64,000 nt of DNA, taken from Nitrospinales bacterium (lineage in GTDB: Bacteria; Nitrospinota; Nitrospinia; Nitrospinales; VA-1). The notes below the pieces were generated by a model. The model saw only the letters and a list, made by a program, of their open reading frames with translations, was not told the origin of the DNA and did not search any database. The stretch is from the NCBI GenBank assembly GCA_965223345.1, contig CBDCWG010000012.1:1376001-1440000 (forward strand). The letters are read 5' to 3'. The position numbers and the translations under genes are program-made. Positions 29,822 through 38,446 of this stretch are shown one piece after another (position 1 is the stretch's first letter; each line of letters starts with the position of its first letter).

Positions 29822-30325
29822 ATGAGAAGGACGGCAGTCAGTATCATCACAATTTTTGCATTTTTTGCTCTGGTTGCAGTAGCCAGCGCGAATGTCACCA
29901 CGGTAAAACCGGGTGACCAGGCTGTATGTGAGAACGCATCCTGGATCGTTTACAACATCAGCGAAACCGAAGACACCAAAATTGAATTCGACATTGGGCC
30001 TTACGCTTACGCATGGGAAAAGGTTTTCAAAGCAACCATTCCTCCGGGCGGCTATGAGACCAATGCTCTGGCCAAAAAGTCCATCATTTCCAACAAAGGC
30101 CCCGGCGACATTTCCGTGAACTGTCAGCGCCAGCGTTTTGACCGGCATGACTGGAAAATCGATCCCGGTTCCGGAAAAACCTATCAGACCGATTACCATC
30201 TGGACCACGTCAAGCCCGGCACCTACATCGAGCCTGGTTTGGGTATGCCGACCGGTACCGAGCGCGGACTGTTCAGTCAGCGCGGTACGGGTTCTGGCGG
30301 TGACGCTCCTGAAACCAACCGTTAA
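29822..30325 (+). CDS. Hypothetical exported protein
   Basis: Signal peptide ending ASA; RBS GGGGGAG; own terminator. Confidence 0.8.
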   Translation: MRRTAVSIITIFAFFALVAVASANVTTVKPGDQAVCENASWIVYNISETEDTKIEFDIGPYAYAWEKVFKATIPPGGYETNALAKKSIISNKGPGDISVNCQRQRFDRHDWKIDPGSGKTYQTDYHLDHVKPGTYIEPGLGMPTGTERGLFSQRGTGSGGDAPETNR

Positions 30326-30361
30326 TCGGCGGGTCCTTTAGGACAAGAACCAAGCAGTGCG

Positions 30362-30397
30362 AGCTGGAAGGCCTTTTGGCCTTCCAGCTTTTTTTTT
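30362..30397 (+). terminator. Rho-independent terminator
   Basis: AGCTGGAAGGCC-tttt-GGCCTTCCAGCT followed by a T run. Confidence 0.9.
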
Positions 30398-30456
30398 GAT
30401 CTTTCCCGCTTTGAATTTAAAATAGAGTCATCACTATCTGAGTTGCAGAGGATCGT

Positions 30457-30951
30457 ATGGAAGACAAACGTTTTGTGGACAACGGCGACGGGACGATCAC
30501 CGATACCCTGACGAATCTGATGTGGATGAAGGACGATTCGTTCATCGAAGTGCAACGGTTTTTCAACTACACGAATGCGGTGCGCTACAAGGACAAAAAG
30601 AACGCGGACGCGTTCGCGGGTTACATCGACTGGCGGCTGCCGCACAAAAAGGAAGCGCATACTTTGTTCGACAAACAGAAAAACCTCAGGGACAAGTACG
30701 ACATGGACATCCACATCGATCCGGTTTTCTCGCCGGGCTGCGGCTACTCCACCTGGACCAGCAACACGCGGGGCAAGATCACGGCCTATGTGTACTCTTT
30801 CAACAGCGGTTCCGGAGGGCACAAGGAGGTGGACGACATTCTCGATACCAGCGTGCGCCTGGTGCGCGGGGAGTTCGACAAGTCGCGCATCAAGCTGGAG
30901 AAGATTCCCGAAGTGCGGGACAAGATCATTCAGGGAGGCGGCTGGCGTTGA
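30457..30951 (+). CDS. DUF1566/Lcl-like protein 2
   Basis: FVDNGDGTITD..LMW..FAGYIDWRLP..IHIDPVF..VRLVR. Confidence 0.9.
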   Translation: MEDKRFVDNGDGTITDTLTNLMWMKDDSFIEVQRFFNYTNAVRYKDKKNADAFAGYIDWRLPHKKEAHTLFDKQKNLRDKYDMDIHIDPVFSPGCGYSTWTSNTRGKITAYVYSFNSGSGGHKEVDDILDTSVRLVRGEFDKSRIKLEKIPEVRDKIIQGGGWR

Positions 30952-31321
30952 TTGCGCCGGCGGCCTTTCCGGGTGGATGTGGTTCGTATTGTTTCACAAG
31001 CTGTGTTTTTTGTCCTTCCCCGCTCCGAAACGATCGTTGTGAATCAGGCAGGTTTCGCCTGCGGCCGAAAGATGGCAAAGTCCTTCAATTTCCCCGCTTT
31101 CCCCTCGCTGGATTGGGCTTGAAAATACGCCATGCTGGTGTTACTGTATTGAAATAAAATACCTTGAGTCCTTGTTGCGGTTGCCCATTCCATTTTAACA
31201 GTCTGCTGTTCATTCCTTTACGGTCCATGGATGTACAGGTGGTTGACCTCAATCCTGTTCGGCAATCGAGAAGAGGGATGCGGCAACGGCTGTGTGTGTT
31301 CATCAATTCGAGAGGTGTGTT

Positions 31322-31762
31322 TTGCCCCAGACGATAAAACAGTTTCAGATCAATGACGACGGCACGGTGACCGACACCGAGGAAGATTTGCAGTGGCCGG
31401 TCAAGGATTCCCGGCAGGAACTGGGGAAATGGCTCAATTGGGACGAGGCCAACGGCTATGTGCAGGCCTGCAACGAACAGAAGTACCTCGGGCACGATGA
31501 CTGGCGCCTGCCGACCAAAAGCGAAGTGCGTTCTTTGTTCAAATTTCCCGACCTGTACCGGGAGATTTTTTTGAAACAGCCCAAGCGGCCGGTGCGCAGC
31601 GTCGCCAATTACCAGGCGGGCGGAGAAACGAGCGTGTGGACCTCGGAAACGCGGTTCGATTCGTATGCGTGGAAATGTTATTTCCCGGGCGGACGCGAGG
31701 TGTGCGTCGAACAGAGCGTGTCCACCACGGGCACGTCGGTGCGGCTGGTACGCGACGCTTAG
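31322..31762 (+). CDS. DUF1566/Lcl-like protein 3
   Basis: NDDGTVTD..GHDDWRLPT..WTSE..VRLVR; TTG start after GAGGTG. Confidence 0.87.
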   Translation: MPQTIKQFQINDDGTVTDTEEDLQWPVKDSRQELGKWLNWDEANGYVQACNEQKYLGHDDWRLPTKSEVRSLFKFPDLYREIFLKQPKRPVRSVANYQAGGETSVWTSETRFDSYAWKCYFPGGREVCVEQSVSTTGTSVRLVRDA

Positions 31763-31809
31763 CGATGATTTGCTCAGCGTGAACGGCTGCGTGCAAAAGG
31801 AGTAGCGGC

Positions 31810-32439
31810 ATGGCTGATGAAGAAAAAGTGGAACCGGAAGTCCCTGAAGAGGAGTTGGAAGACCTCGACGACGGGTCCGAGGAAGAGGAAGGCTACGAGA
31901 GCGACGAGTGGCTGGGCGAAGAGGACTGGGGCGAAGAAGAGGACGAGGAAGCGCTTCTCGAGGAGGAAGTCCCCACCTTCGTCGATAACGGCGACGGCAC
32001 CGTGAGCGACACCCGCAACAACCTCATGTGGAAAAAAGCCGATTCCTACGCCGAATTCGGTTACGGAATCACCTGGTACGAAGCCCACGACTACTGCGAG
32101 GAGCTCAACGAAAAGCAGTTCGCCGGATACGACGACTGGCGGCTGGCGAGTTTCGACGACGCGAAAACCCTGTTCTCGTTCACCAAGAGCAACCGCGACA
32201 AAGACGGGGCGGAGATTCACATCGACCCGGCGTTCGACTCCGGTCAGGGGCACAATACCTGGACCTTCGACGAAAAACCGGATTACCAGCAGTACGCCCT
32301 CAAGTTCAGTTATGTGACGGGAACGGATGTCTGGGAGCACAAGGACAACGAGTATTCCCATGTCCGGGTCGTGCGCGACGACATGAAGGACGAGTGGGAA
32401 CCGGAATGGAGAAAAGAAACCAAGAAATTCGATCGATGA
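31810..32439 (+). CDS. DUF1566/Lcl-like protein 4, with ~50-aa acidic leader
   Basis: FVDNGDGTVSD..LMW..FAGYDDWRL..IHIDPAF..VRVVR. Confidence 0.9.
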   Translation: MADEEKVEPEVPEEELEDLDDGSEEEEGYESDEWLGEEDWGEEEDEEALLEEEVPTFVDNGDGTVSDTRNNLMWKKADSYAEFGYGITWYEAHDYCEELNEKQFAGYDDWRLASFDDAKTLFSFTKSNRDKDGAEIHIDPAFDSGQGHNTWTFDEKPDYQQYALKFSYVTGTDVWEHKDNEYSHVRVVRDDMKDEWEPEWRKETKKFDR

Positions 32440-32488
32440 CCGACGCCGGTTGCGCCGGGGGCCTGTGTCGCATGCAAACGAGGAATCG

Positions 32489-32707
32489 ATGAGCCACTAC
32501 ATGATATTCGGAAAGAACGACTGCCCGCACACGAAAAAAGCGCGGGAGGATTTTCTCAAGCAGAGCAAATCCTTCATCTACATCAATGTGGACAACAACC
32601 CGCAGGCGATGGAAAAGCTCTTGGAATATTCTGACGGCAAATACATCGTGCCGGTCATCGTCAACGTGGATGAGGGCAACGTGGAAATCGGCTACACCGG
32701 AGATTGA
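32489..32707 (+). CDS. Small monothiol glutaredoxin-like protein (resembles Uxx-star family, Cys form)
   Basis: IFGKNDCPHTKKARE..VPVIV..IGY; RBS GAGG. Confidence 0.75.
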   Translation: MSHYMIFGKNDCPHTKKAREDFLKQSKSFIYINVDNNPQAMEKLLEYSDGKYIVPVIVNVDEGNVEIGYTGD

Positions 32708-32750
32708 TTTTTCAGAGAACGGGTTGAGCTAAACTCAGCGAAGGGGCGAC

Positions 32751-33233
32751 ATGGCAGAGAAACTTCCGGAGACACAAGAGAAGTCCAAGGAGCCGAAACG
32801 GTTCGAGGAAAAGGGACCGCATGTGGTGTTCGACACCAAAACCAATCTGTACTGGTTGAAGAAGGATTCCTGGCAGGACAAGGGGAAATTCTTCAACTGG
32901 CACGAGTCGGTGGAATACGCCGACAAGAAAAACCTGCGCAGCATCGGCGGGTTCAACGACTGGCGTCTGCCGAGCTACGATGAAGCGGCCTCGCTGTTCG
33001 ACGCCAACAGCGAGAATCCCGCCAAAGGCGGAGTCAACATCCACATCGACACCGTGTTTCCGGAAGGCGGATTCAAAACCCTGTGGCTGACCGGCGACAC
33101 CTCGACGCGGCGGCCGCGGTTCGACTACGTTCAAGGCAAGGAAACCCACGCGGAAGAATACAGTTTCGGTGCGGTTAGGTTGTGCCGCAAAGACAAAATC
33201 CGTCCCGGCCAGACGCGCAACCGCGGCCGGTGA
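32751..33233 (+). CDS. DUF1566/Lcl-like protein 5
   Basis: DTKTNLYW..GGFNDWRLPS..IHIDTVF..VRLCR. Confidence 0.88.
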   Translation: MAEKLPETQEKSKEPKRFEEKGPHVVFDTKTNLYWLKKDSWQDKGKFFNWHESVEYADKKNLRSIGGFNDWRLPSYDEAASLFDANSENPAKGGVNIHIDTVFPEGGFKTLWLTGDTSTRRPRFDYVQGKETHAEEYSFGAVRLCRKDKIRPGQTRNRGR

Positions 33234-33252
33234 CGACAGAGATCGAAAACTC

Positions 33253-34131
33253 ATGAGTGAAACCGAGAGCAAAGCGGGACTGATCGACAACGGCGACGGC
33301 ACCGTCACCGATGAACGCAGCGGTCTGATGTGGATGAAAAACGACACTTGGATCGAGCTGGGCCGCCGCATCACCTGGCACGAGGGGCTGGAATATTCCA
33401 AAAAGATCAACAGCCAGAAGTTCGCGGGTCACGCCAACTGGCGCTTTCCCACCGCCACGGAAGCGAAAACCCTGTTCGACATGGAAATCACCAACACCGA
33501 TGTCGAGGGCGGGGAAGTCCACATCGATCCCCTGTTTCCTTCGGGCTGCGGTTTTTCCACCTGGACCAGCGAAACCCGCGGCGCCAAGGCCGCCAAGGGC
33601 TACGATTTCCGCTCCGACTACGAATTCTGGCTGGCGAAGGAGAACGACGGGTTTCCCAGCGGGCTGCGTCTGGTGCGCGATCTCGCCGAATCTTCCGAAA
33701 TGTCCGTGGAGGAGCGGTTCGTCAACAACGGCGACGGCACTATCACCGACCGGGAAGCGAACCTCATGTGGAAAGCCAACGACTCCTACCTGGACCTGGA
33801 CAAATGGGTGAGCTGGCAGGAAGCCAAGATGTATCTTGAGGAGCTCAACAAGTCGCGGTTTGCGGGCCACAGCGACTGGCGGATGCCCACCCGCAAGGAA
33901 GCGCAGATGCTTTACGATCCGGCTAACCCGATCACCGACAAGTACGGGGACACGGTGTTTCTGGTCAAGGGCTTTCCTCCGGGATCGGGCCAGACCTGCT
34001 GGACCAAAACCCTGCACAAGACCGACCCGTCTTTGGCCCGGCGTTTTTATTTTTACAACGGGGATCACCAGTGGCACAAGCAGGGGCTGCGCAGCCACGG
34101 CGTGCGGGCGGTGCGATCCCTCAAATCCTGA
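33253..34131 (+). CDS. DUF1566/Lcl-like protein 6, two tandem domains
   Basis: Two copies of NGDGTxTD..LMW..FAGH..WRxPT..RxVR. Confidence 0.9.
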   Translation: MSETESKAGLIDNGDGTVTDERSGLMWMKNDTWIELGRRITWHEGLEYSKKINSQKFAGHANWRFPTATEAKTLFDMEITNTDVEGGEVHIDPLFPSGCGFSTWTSETRGAKAAKGYDFRSDYEFWLAKENDGFPSGLRLVRDLAESSEMSVEERFVNNGDGTITDREANLMWKANDSYLDLDKWVSWQEAKMYLEELNKSRFAGHSDWRMPTRKEAQMLYDPANPITDKYGDTVFLVKGFPPGSGQTCWTKTLHKTDPSLARRFYFYNGDHQWHKQGLRSHGVRAVRSLKS

Positions 34132-34160
34132 AACGATGCGGGTGAATTAAAGGATCCTCG

Positions 34161-34634
34161 ATGGCAACGGAAAGCGCGGAAACGGCGAAGCAGCAGAACG
34201 ACGCACGGTTTCAGGAAGGCGAGAACGGCACCGTCGTCGATCGGGTGAAGCGCCTGCTTTGGCTCAAAAAAGACACCTGGCAGATGACGGGCAAGTGGAT
34301 GAGCTGGGTGCAGATCCGGGATTACTCCGAAGAGTTGAACCGCAAAAAACACGCCGGTTTTTCCGGCTGGCGCATTCCGACGGCGTCCGAAGTGAAGAGC
34401 CTGCACGACAAATCGCAGCAGAACAAGGACCACATGGGGCAGATGGTGCCGCATGCCGATATCTTCGATGCGGGGTTCAGCTTTTTGTACTGGACCAGCG
34501 ATGTGAGGAACAAGGTTCAGGCCGTCCGTTTCGGGTTTCGCAAGGGCATGACGATGTACGACGACATCTACCGCACATCGCGCGGTTCGACGCGGCTGGT
34601 GCGCGATATCGAAAAAGAGGATGGATTGCTCTGA
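34161..34634 (+). CDS. DUF1566/Lcl-like protein 7
   Basis: NGTVVD..LLW..AGFSGWRIPT..YWTSD..RLVR. Confidence 0.88.
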   Translation: MATESAETAKQQNDARFQEGENGTVVDRVKRLLWLKKDTWQMTGKWMSWVQIRDYSEELNRKKHAGFSGWRIPTASEVKSLHDKSQQNKDHMGQMVPHADIFDAGFSFLYWTSDVRNKVQAVRFGFRKGMTMYDDIYRTSRGSTRLVRDIEKEDGLL

Positions 34635-34695
34635 TCCTGCGTTTTGCAAAGAGGGTTGAAAGAACCGAACATTTGTATCACAGAGGGGTCTGAGA

Positions 34696-35181
34696 TTGGA
34701 GACGAAAAAACGATTTGTGGACAACGGTGACGGCACCGTCACCGATCATGAAACCCAGCTCATGTGGAAGCAGACGGATTCGTATCAGGACACGAGCAAA
34801 TGGCTCAACTGGTTCGACGCGTTGAAATACATCCGCGACCTGAACAACAAGAAGTTCGCAGGTCACGACAACTGGCGGCTGCCCACACTCGATGAAGCGG
34901 AAGGGCTTTACGACGAGGATTTCCCGCTGCGGGATATGGACCGTCTGGAAATCCACCTCGATGCCAGTTTTTCGCCGGGAGGCGGTTTCACCACCTGGAC
35001 CAGCAAGGAAAGCGCTCACAGCACCGCCGCGGTGTTTTATTATCGCTACGGTCACGCCAACCTGGCCAACAAAGAAGGCATCACCAAAGATGCGGTGCGG
35101 GCGGTGCGCAGTCTCAGCGGAGAACAAGGAAAGACCGTCAAGCATTTCGACCGCCTTTCTTCGGGAAGACACACGAGCTGA
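34696..35181 (+). CDS. DUF1566/Lcl-like protein 8
   Basis: FVDNGDGTVTD..LMW..FAGHDNWRLPT..WTS..VRAVR; TTG start. Confidence 0.88.
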   Translation: METKKRFVDNGDGTVTDHETQLMWKQTDSYQDTSKWLNWFDALKYIRDLNNKKFAGHDNWRLPTLDEAEGLYDEDFPLRDMDRLEIHLDASFSPGGGFTTWTSKESAHSTAAVFYYRYGHANLANKEGITKDAVRAVRSLSGEQGKTVKHFDRLSSGRHTS

Positions 35182-35264
35182 CAAGGAAATCACCGTAACA
35201 CAGAAGGAGAGTCGTCATCGAATCGTATTGGGTCATCAACGAAGAAGAAAGCAAAGCGTCGGTC

Positions 35265-36053
35265 ATGACGTACCGGTTCGAGGAAGAGAACTTCGAGAAC
35301 ACCTATGTGCTTGAAGATTATTACTGCACGAACCCGTTTTGCGACTGCAACCACGTGACGGTGTCGTTCAGCGACAAAGACAACCCGGACAACCGGTTTC
35401 TGTTTCTGCTCAACTTCAACAAAACCCAGAGTCCCCTGCCCAATGCGCCGAAAATGAACAAGGTGCAGACGCAGATCGTCAAAGGGTTTGTGCAGAACCT
35501 TTCCGACGAACTTCTGGTGCTGTTCAAGCAGCGCTATCTTGAGGCCAAGGCCTACGGGGAGAAAAACCCCATGTCGTATCTGATGCTGGAGCCGGGGCGC
35601 TACGTGAATTTTTTCGAGATGTTTCCCCGAAACCAGGAAATGCTGGATTTCACCTACGGGGAAGACAAATATTTCGCCGAGGATTCCTACGACATCGATC
35701 CCCGAAACGACAACCGCGATGTCCGCCTTTCTTTTTACAAGCTGGAGCTCGACAGCAAACAGCAGACCTCGATTTTTGACTACACGTATTATTTCAACGA
35801 AAAGCAGCGGGAGAAAGAGGACAATCGCCTGGAGGCGGAGCACAACGATATGCTGATGGCGATGAACAGCTCCATCCCGGATTTGAACGACCGGCTGAAG
35901 GCCCGGTTCAAGCAGGCCAAACAGGTGGGAGAAGGGCTGCTCAAAGACCCGCCCAAACCGAATGTGCTGGAAGAAAAAGTGGGACCGAACGATCTGTGTC
36001 CCTGCGGGTCGGGGAAAAAATTTAAAAAATGCTGTGCGTTGATGTTGAATTGA
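35265..36053 (+). CDS. SEC-C motif protein (true start may be ATC 35217)
   Basis: C-terminal [20 protein letters not shown]-terminal YCTNPFCDC. Confidence 0.85.
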   Translation: MTYRFEEENFENTYVLEDYYCTNPFCDCNHVTVSFSDKDNPDNRFLFLLNFNKTQSPLPNAPKMNKVQTQIVKGFVQNLSDELLVLFKQRYLEAKAYGEKNPMSYLMLEPGRYVNFFEMFPRNQEMLDFTYGEDKYFAEDSYDIDPRNDNRDVRLSFYKLELDSKQQTSIFDYTYYFNEKQREKEDNRLEAEHNDMLMAMNSSIPDLNDRLKARFKQAKQVGEGLLKDPPKPNVLEEKVGPNDLCPCGSGKKFKKCCALMLN

Positions 36054-36122
36054 CCCGCCGGTTTTTTGCACCGATCGCAACGGACCGCATCCGATTCTGC
36101 CAATTTTTTATAAAGAGATGCC

Positions 36123-36674
36123 ATGACTTCTGAAAACAAGCCCAAAGAAAAGCGGGTCAAAAAAGTTCAGGCCCGCCACATTCTCGTCAACAGCAAGGAA
36201 AAGGCCGAAGAGCTGAAAAAGCGCATCGACGAAGGCGAGGATTTTTCCTCGCTGGCGGAAGAGCACAGCGAATGCCCGTCGAAAAAGCGGGGCGGCGATC
36301 TGGGCTGGTTCGGCAAAGGCGCGATGGTGCGGCCTTTTGAGGTGGCGGCGTTCACCGCACAGGAAGGCGAGGTCGTGGGGCCCGTGAAGACGGAATTCGG
36401 CTGGCATTTGATCTACGTCTACGAAATCCAAACCGACATCAATCCCGACGCCGGTCCTCCGACGGGCGACGAGGACGCGGATGAGGACACCTTGCGGCTC
36501 GTCGCGGAAAACTACGCGCACGAGTTCATGATGCTGGGATACACCAGCAAAAAGGTGTTGAGCCTGTTCACCAGCCAGCATTTCAAATCGGCGAACACGG
36601 TGTACAACCTGCTGGGACCGGAGAAGATCAACGAGATCATCGCCAACGTCTTCGGCAAGAAAAAGGAAGGCTGA
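36123..36674 (+). CDS. Parvulin-type PPIase with C-terminal helical extension
   Basis: ARHILV..F..LA.EHS.CPS..GGDLGWF..MV..FE..PVKTEFGWHLI. Confidence 0.92.
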   Translation: MTSENKPKEKRVKKVQARHILVNSKEKAEELKKRIDEGEDFSSLAEEHSECPSKKRGGDLGWFGKGAMVRPFEVAAFTAQEGEVVGPVKTEFGWHLIYVYEIQTDINPDAGPPTGDEDADEDTLRLVAENYAHEFMMLGYTSKKVLSLFTSQHFKSANTVYNLLGPEKINEIIANVFGKKKEG

Positions 36675-36691
36675 ACCCGGAGAGAAAAAAC

Positions 36692-36728
36692 AAAAAGCCC
36701 GGCTCCGTGTGGAGCCGGGCTTTTTTTA
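36692..36728. terminator. Bidirectional Rho-independent terminator
   Basis: A5-GCCCGGCTCC-gtgt-GGAGCCGGGC followed by a T run, between convergent genes. Confidence 0.9.
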
Positions 36729-36734
36729 TGGGTC

Positions 36735-38339
36735 TTATTCTTCGGAAGCTCCGGGCGAGTTTTTCAGCGTCACGCTGTGCACGGAAATGATGTTCGGGGT
36801 TTCCCTGATTTCCCGCAGTGTTTCGCTGGTGGGAGCGGAATCGATGTTGATCACCGCCACCGCTTTGCCGCTTTGTTTCAGCCTGCCCAGATGGAATCCC
36901 GCCACGTTGATGTCGTTCTTGCCGAGGATGTTCCCCAGGTTGCCGATCACGCCCGGCACGTCCACATTGTTGAGCACCAGCATGTGTTTGGACATCACGG
37001 CTTCGAAATCGTACTCGTCGAACTGCACGATGCGGGGATTGCCTTTGCCGAAGATGCTGCCGGTGATGCTGTGGCCGCCGTTTTTGGTGCTGACGTGAAC
37101 TCTCAGGGTGTTGGTGTATTCCAGCACTTCGTTGCTTTTGGATTCCTGCACCTCGATCCCGCGTTCCTTGGCGATGAAGGGCGCGTTGACCATATTGACG
37201 CCGTCGATGCTGGGGCTCAAAAGCCCTTTCAAGGTGGAGATGGTGATCGGTTCGACGTTCAGGCCGGCGATCTCGCCGTTGTACTGAATGTGCACCTTCT
37301 CCACCGGCTTGTCGATGAGCTGCGAGGCGAGCAGGCCGAGGTCTTCGCCCAGCACCAGATAGGGCTTGATCTTGGCGAGCGTCTCCGCGTCGATCGAGGG
37401 CATGTTGATGGCGTTGCGCACATTGCCGAACTTCAGATAGTCGATGAGCTGGTCGCAGATGGCGATGGCGACTTTTTCCTGCGCCTCTCCGGTGGACGCA
37501 CCCAGATGCGGGGTGCAGATGATCTCTTTCACGTCCAGAAGCGGGCTTTCCGGATTGATCGGCTCCTTGGCGTACACGTCGAGAGCCGCCTGCGCGACCG
37601 TCTTCGCGTTGATCGCGTCGATCAGAGCCTGCTCGTCGATCAGCGTGCCGCGGGCGCAGTTGACGATGCGGATTCCGGGTTTCATCAGGGCGAACTCTTC
37701 CTTGCCCAGCAGGGCTTTGCCCGGGATTCCCGGCGTGTGCAGGGACAGGTAGTCGGAGCGTTTCAGCAGTTCCTTCAGATCGACGATTTCCGCGCCGATC
37801 TTTTCTGCGCGTTCCTTCTGGATGTACGGATCGTGAACCAGGATCTTCATGTGAAATCCCTTGGCGCGTTCGGCGACGATGGAGCCGATGCGGCCGAGAC
37901 CGATGATGCCCAGCACTTTTTCGTAGAGTTCGCTGCCCATGAACTTTTTCGGCGACCATTCTTTTTTACGCACCGAAACGTCGGCCTGCGGGATGTTGCG
38001 GGCCATCGCGAGCATCAGCGCCATGGCGTGTTCGCCGGTGGTGATGACGTTGCCTTCCGGAGCGTTCATCACGATGATGCCTTTTTTCCCGGCGGCGTCC
38101 AGGTCGATGTTGTCCACGCCGATGCCGGCGCGGCCCACCACTTTCAGGTTGTCTGCGGCTTCGATCACATCGGCTGTGACCTTGGTGGCGCTGCGCACCA
38201 GAAGCCCGTGGTAGGGGGGGATGGTCTGGATCAACTCCTCCTTGGACATGCCGGTTTTGACATCGACTTCGATGCCTTTCTCCTTTTTGAGGATTTCGAT
38301 CCCCGCAGGCGAGAGATTGTCGGAAACAAGTACTTTCAT
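36735..38339 (-). CDS. serA: D-3-phosphoglycerate dehydrogenase with C-terminal ACT domain
   Basis: RAGIGVDNID, GLGRIG, NCARG, PHLGAST.EAQ, DVPGVIG. Confidence 0.96.
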   Translation of the reverse strand: MKVLVSDNLSPAGIEILKKEKGIEVDVKTGMSKEELIQTIPPYHGLLVRSATKVTADVIEAADNLKVVGRAGIGVDNIDLDAAGKKGIIVMNAPEGNVITTGEHAMALMLAMARNIPQADVSVRKKEWSPKKFMGSELYEKVLGIIGLGRIGSIVAERAKGFHMKILVHDPYIQKERAEKIGAEIVDLKELLKRSDYLSLHTPGIPGKALLGKEEFALMKPGIRIVNCARGTLIDEQALIDAINAKTVAQAALDVYAKEPINPESPLLDVKEIICTPHLGASTGEAQEKVAIAICDQLIDYLKFGNVRNAINMPSIDAETLAKIKPYLVLGEDLGLLASQLIDKPVEKVHIQYNGEIAGLNVEPITISTLKGLLSPSIDGVNMVNAPFIAKERGIEVQESKSNEVLEYTNTLRVHVSTKNGGHSITGSIFGKGNPRIVQFDEYDFEAVMSKHMLVLNNVDVPGVIGNLGNILGKNDINVAGFHLGRLKQSGKAVAVINIDSAPTSETLREIRETPNIISVHSVTLKNSPGASEE

Positions 38340-38446
38340 CTAGTGACTCCCGTTATGGATGATTCCCTGACGGGCAGGGGTCGTATTCGAGAAATTGTCA
38401 AGAGCCCGGCCGTTCGCTTCCGGGCGTTTCGGGATGCCGCGCAAGT

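Noticed and set aside
32489..32707. Selenoprotein
   Set aside because: The redox position is TGC (Cys) and there is no in-frame TGA.
26208..35181. Diversity-generating retroelement acting on the DUF1566 genes
   Set aside because: No reverse transcriptase, Avd-like gene or template/variable repeat pair differing at adenines is visible, and the paralogues differ throughout. A remote DGR elsewhere cannot be excluded.
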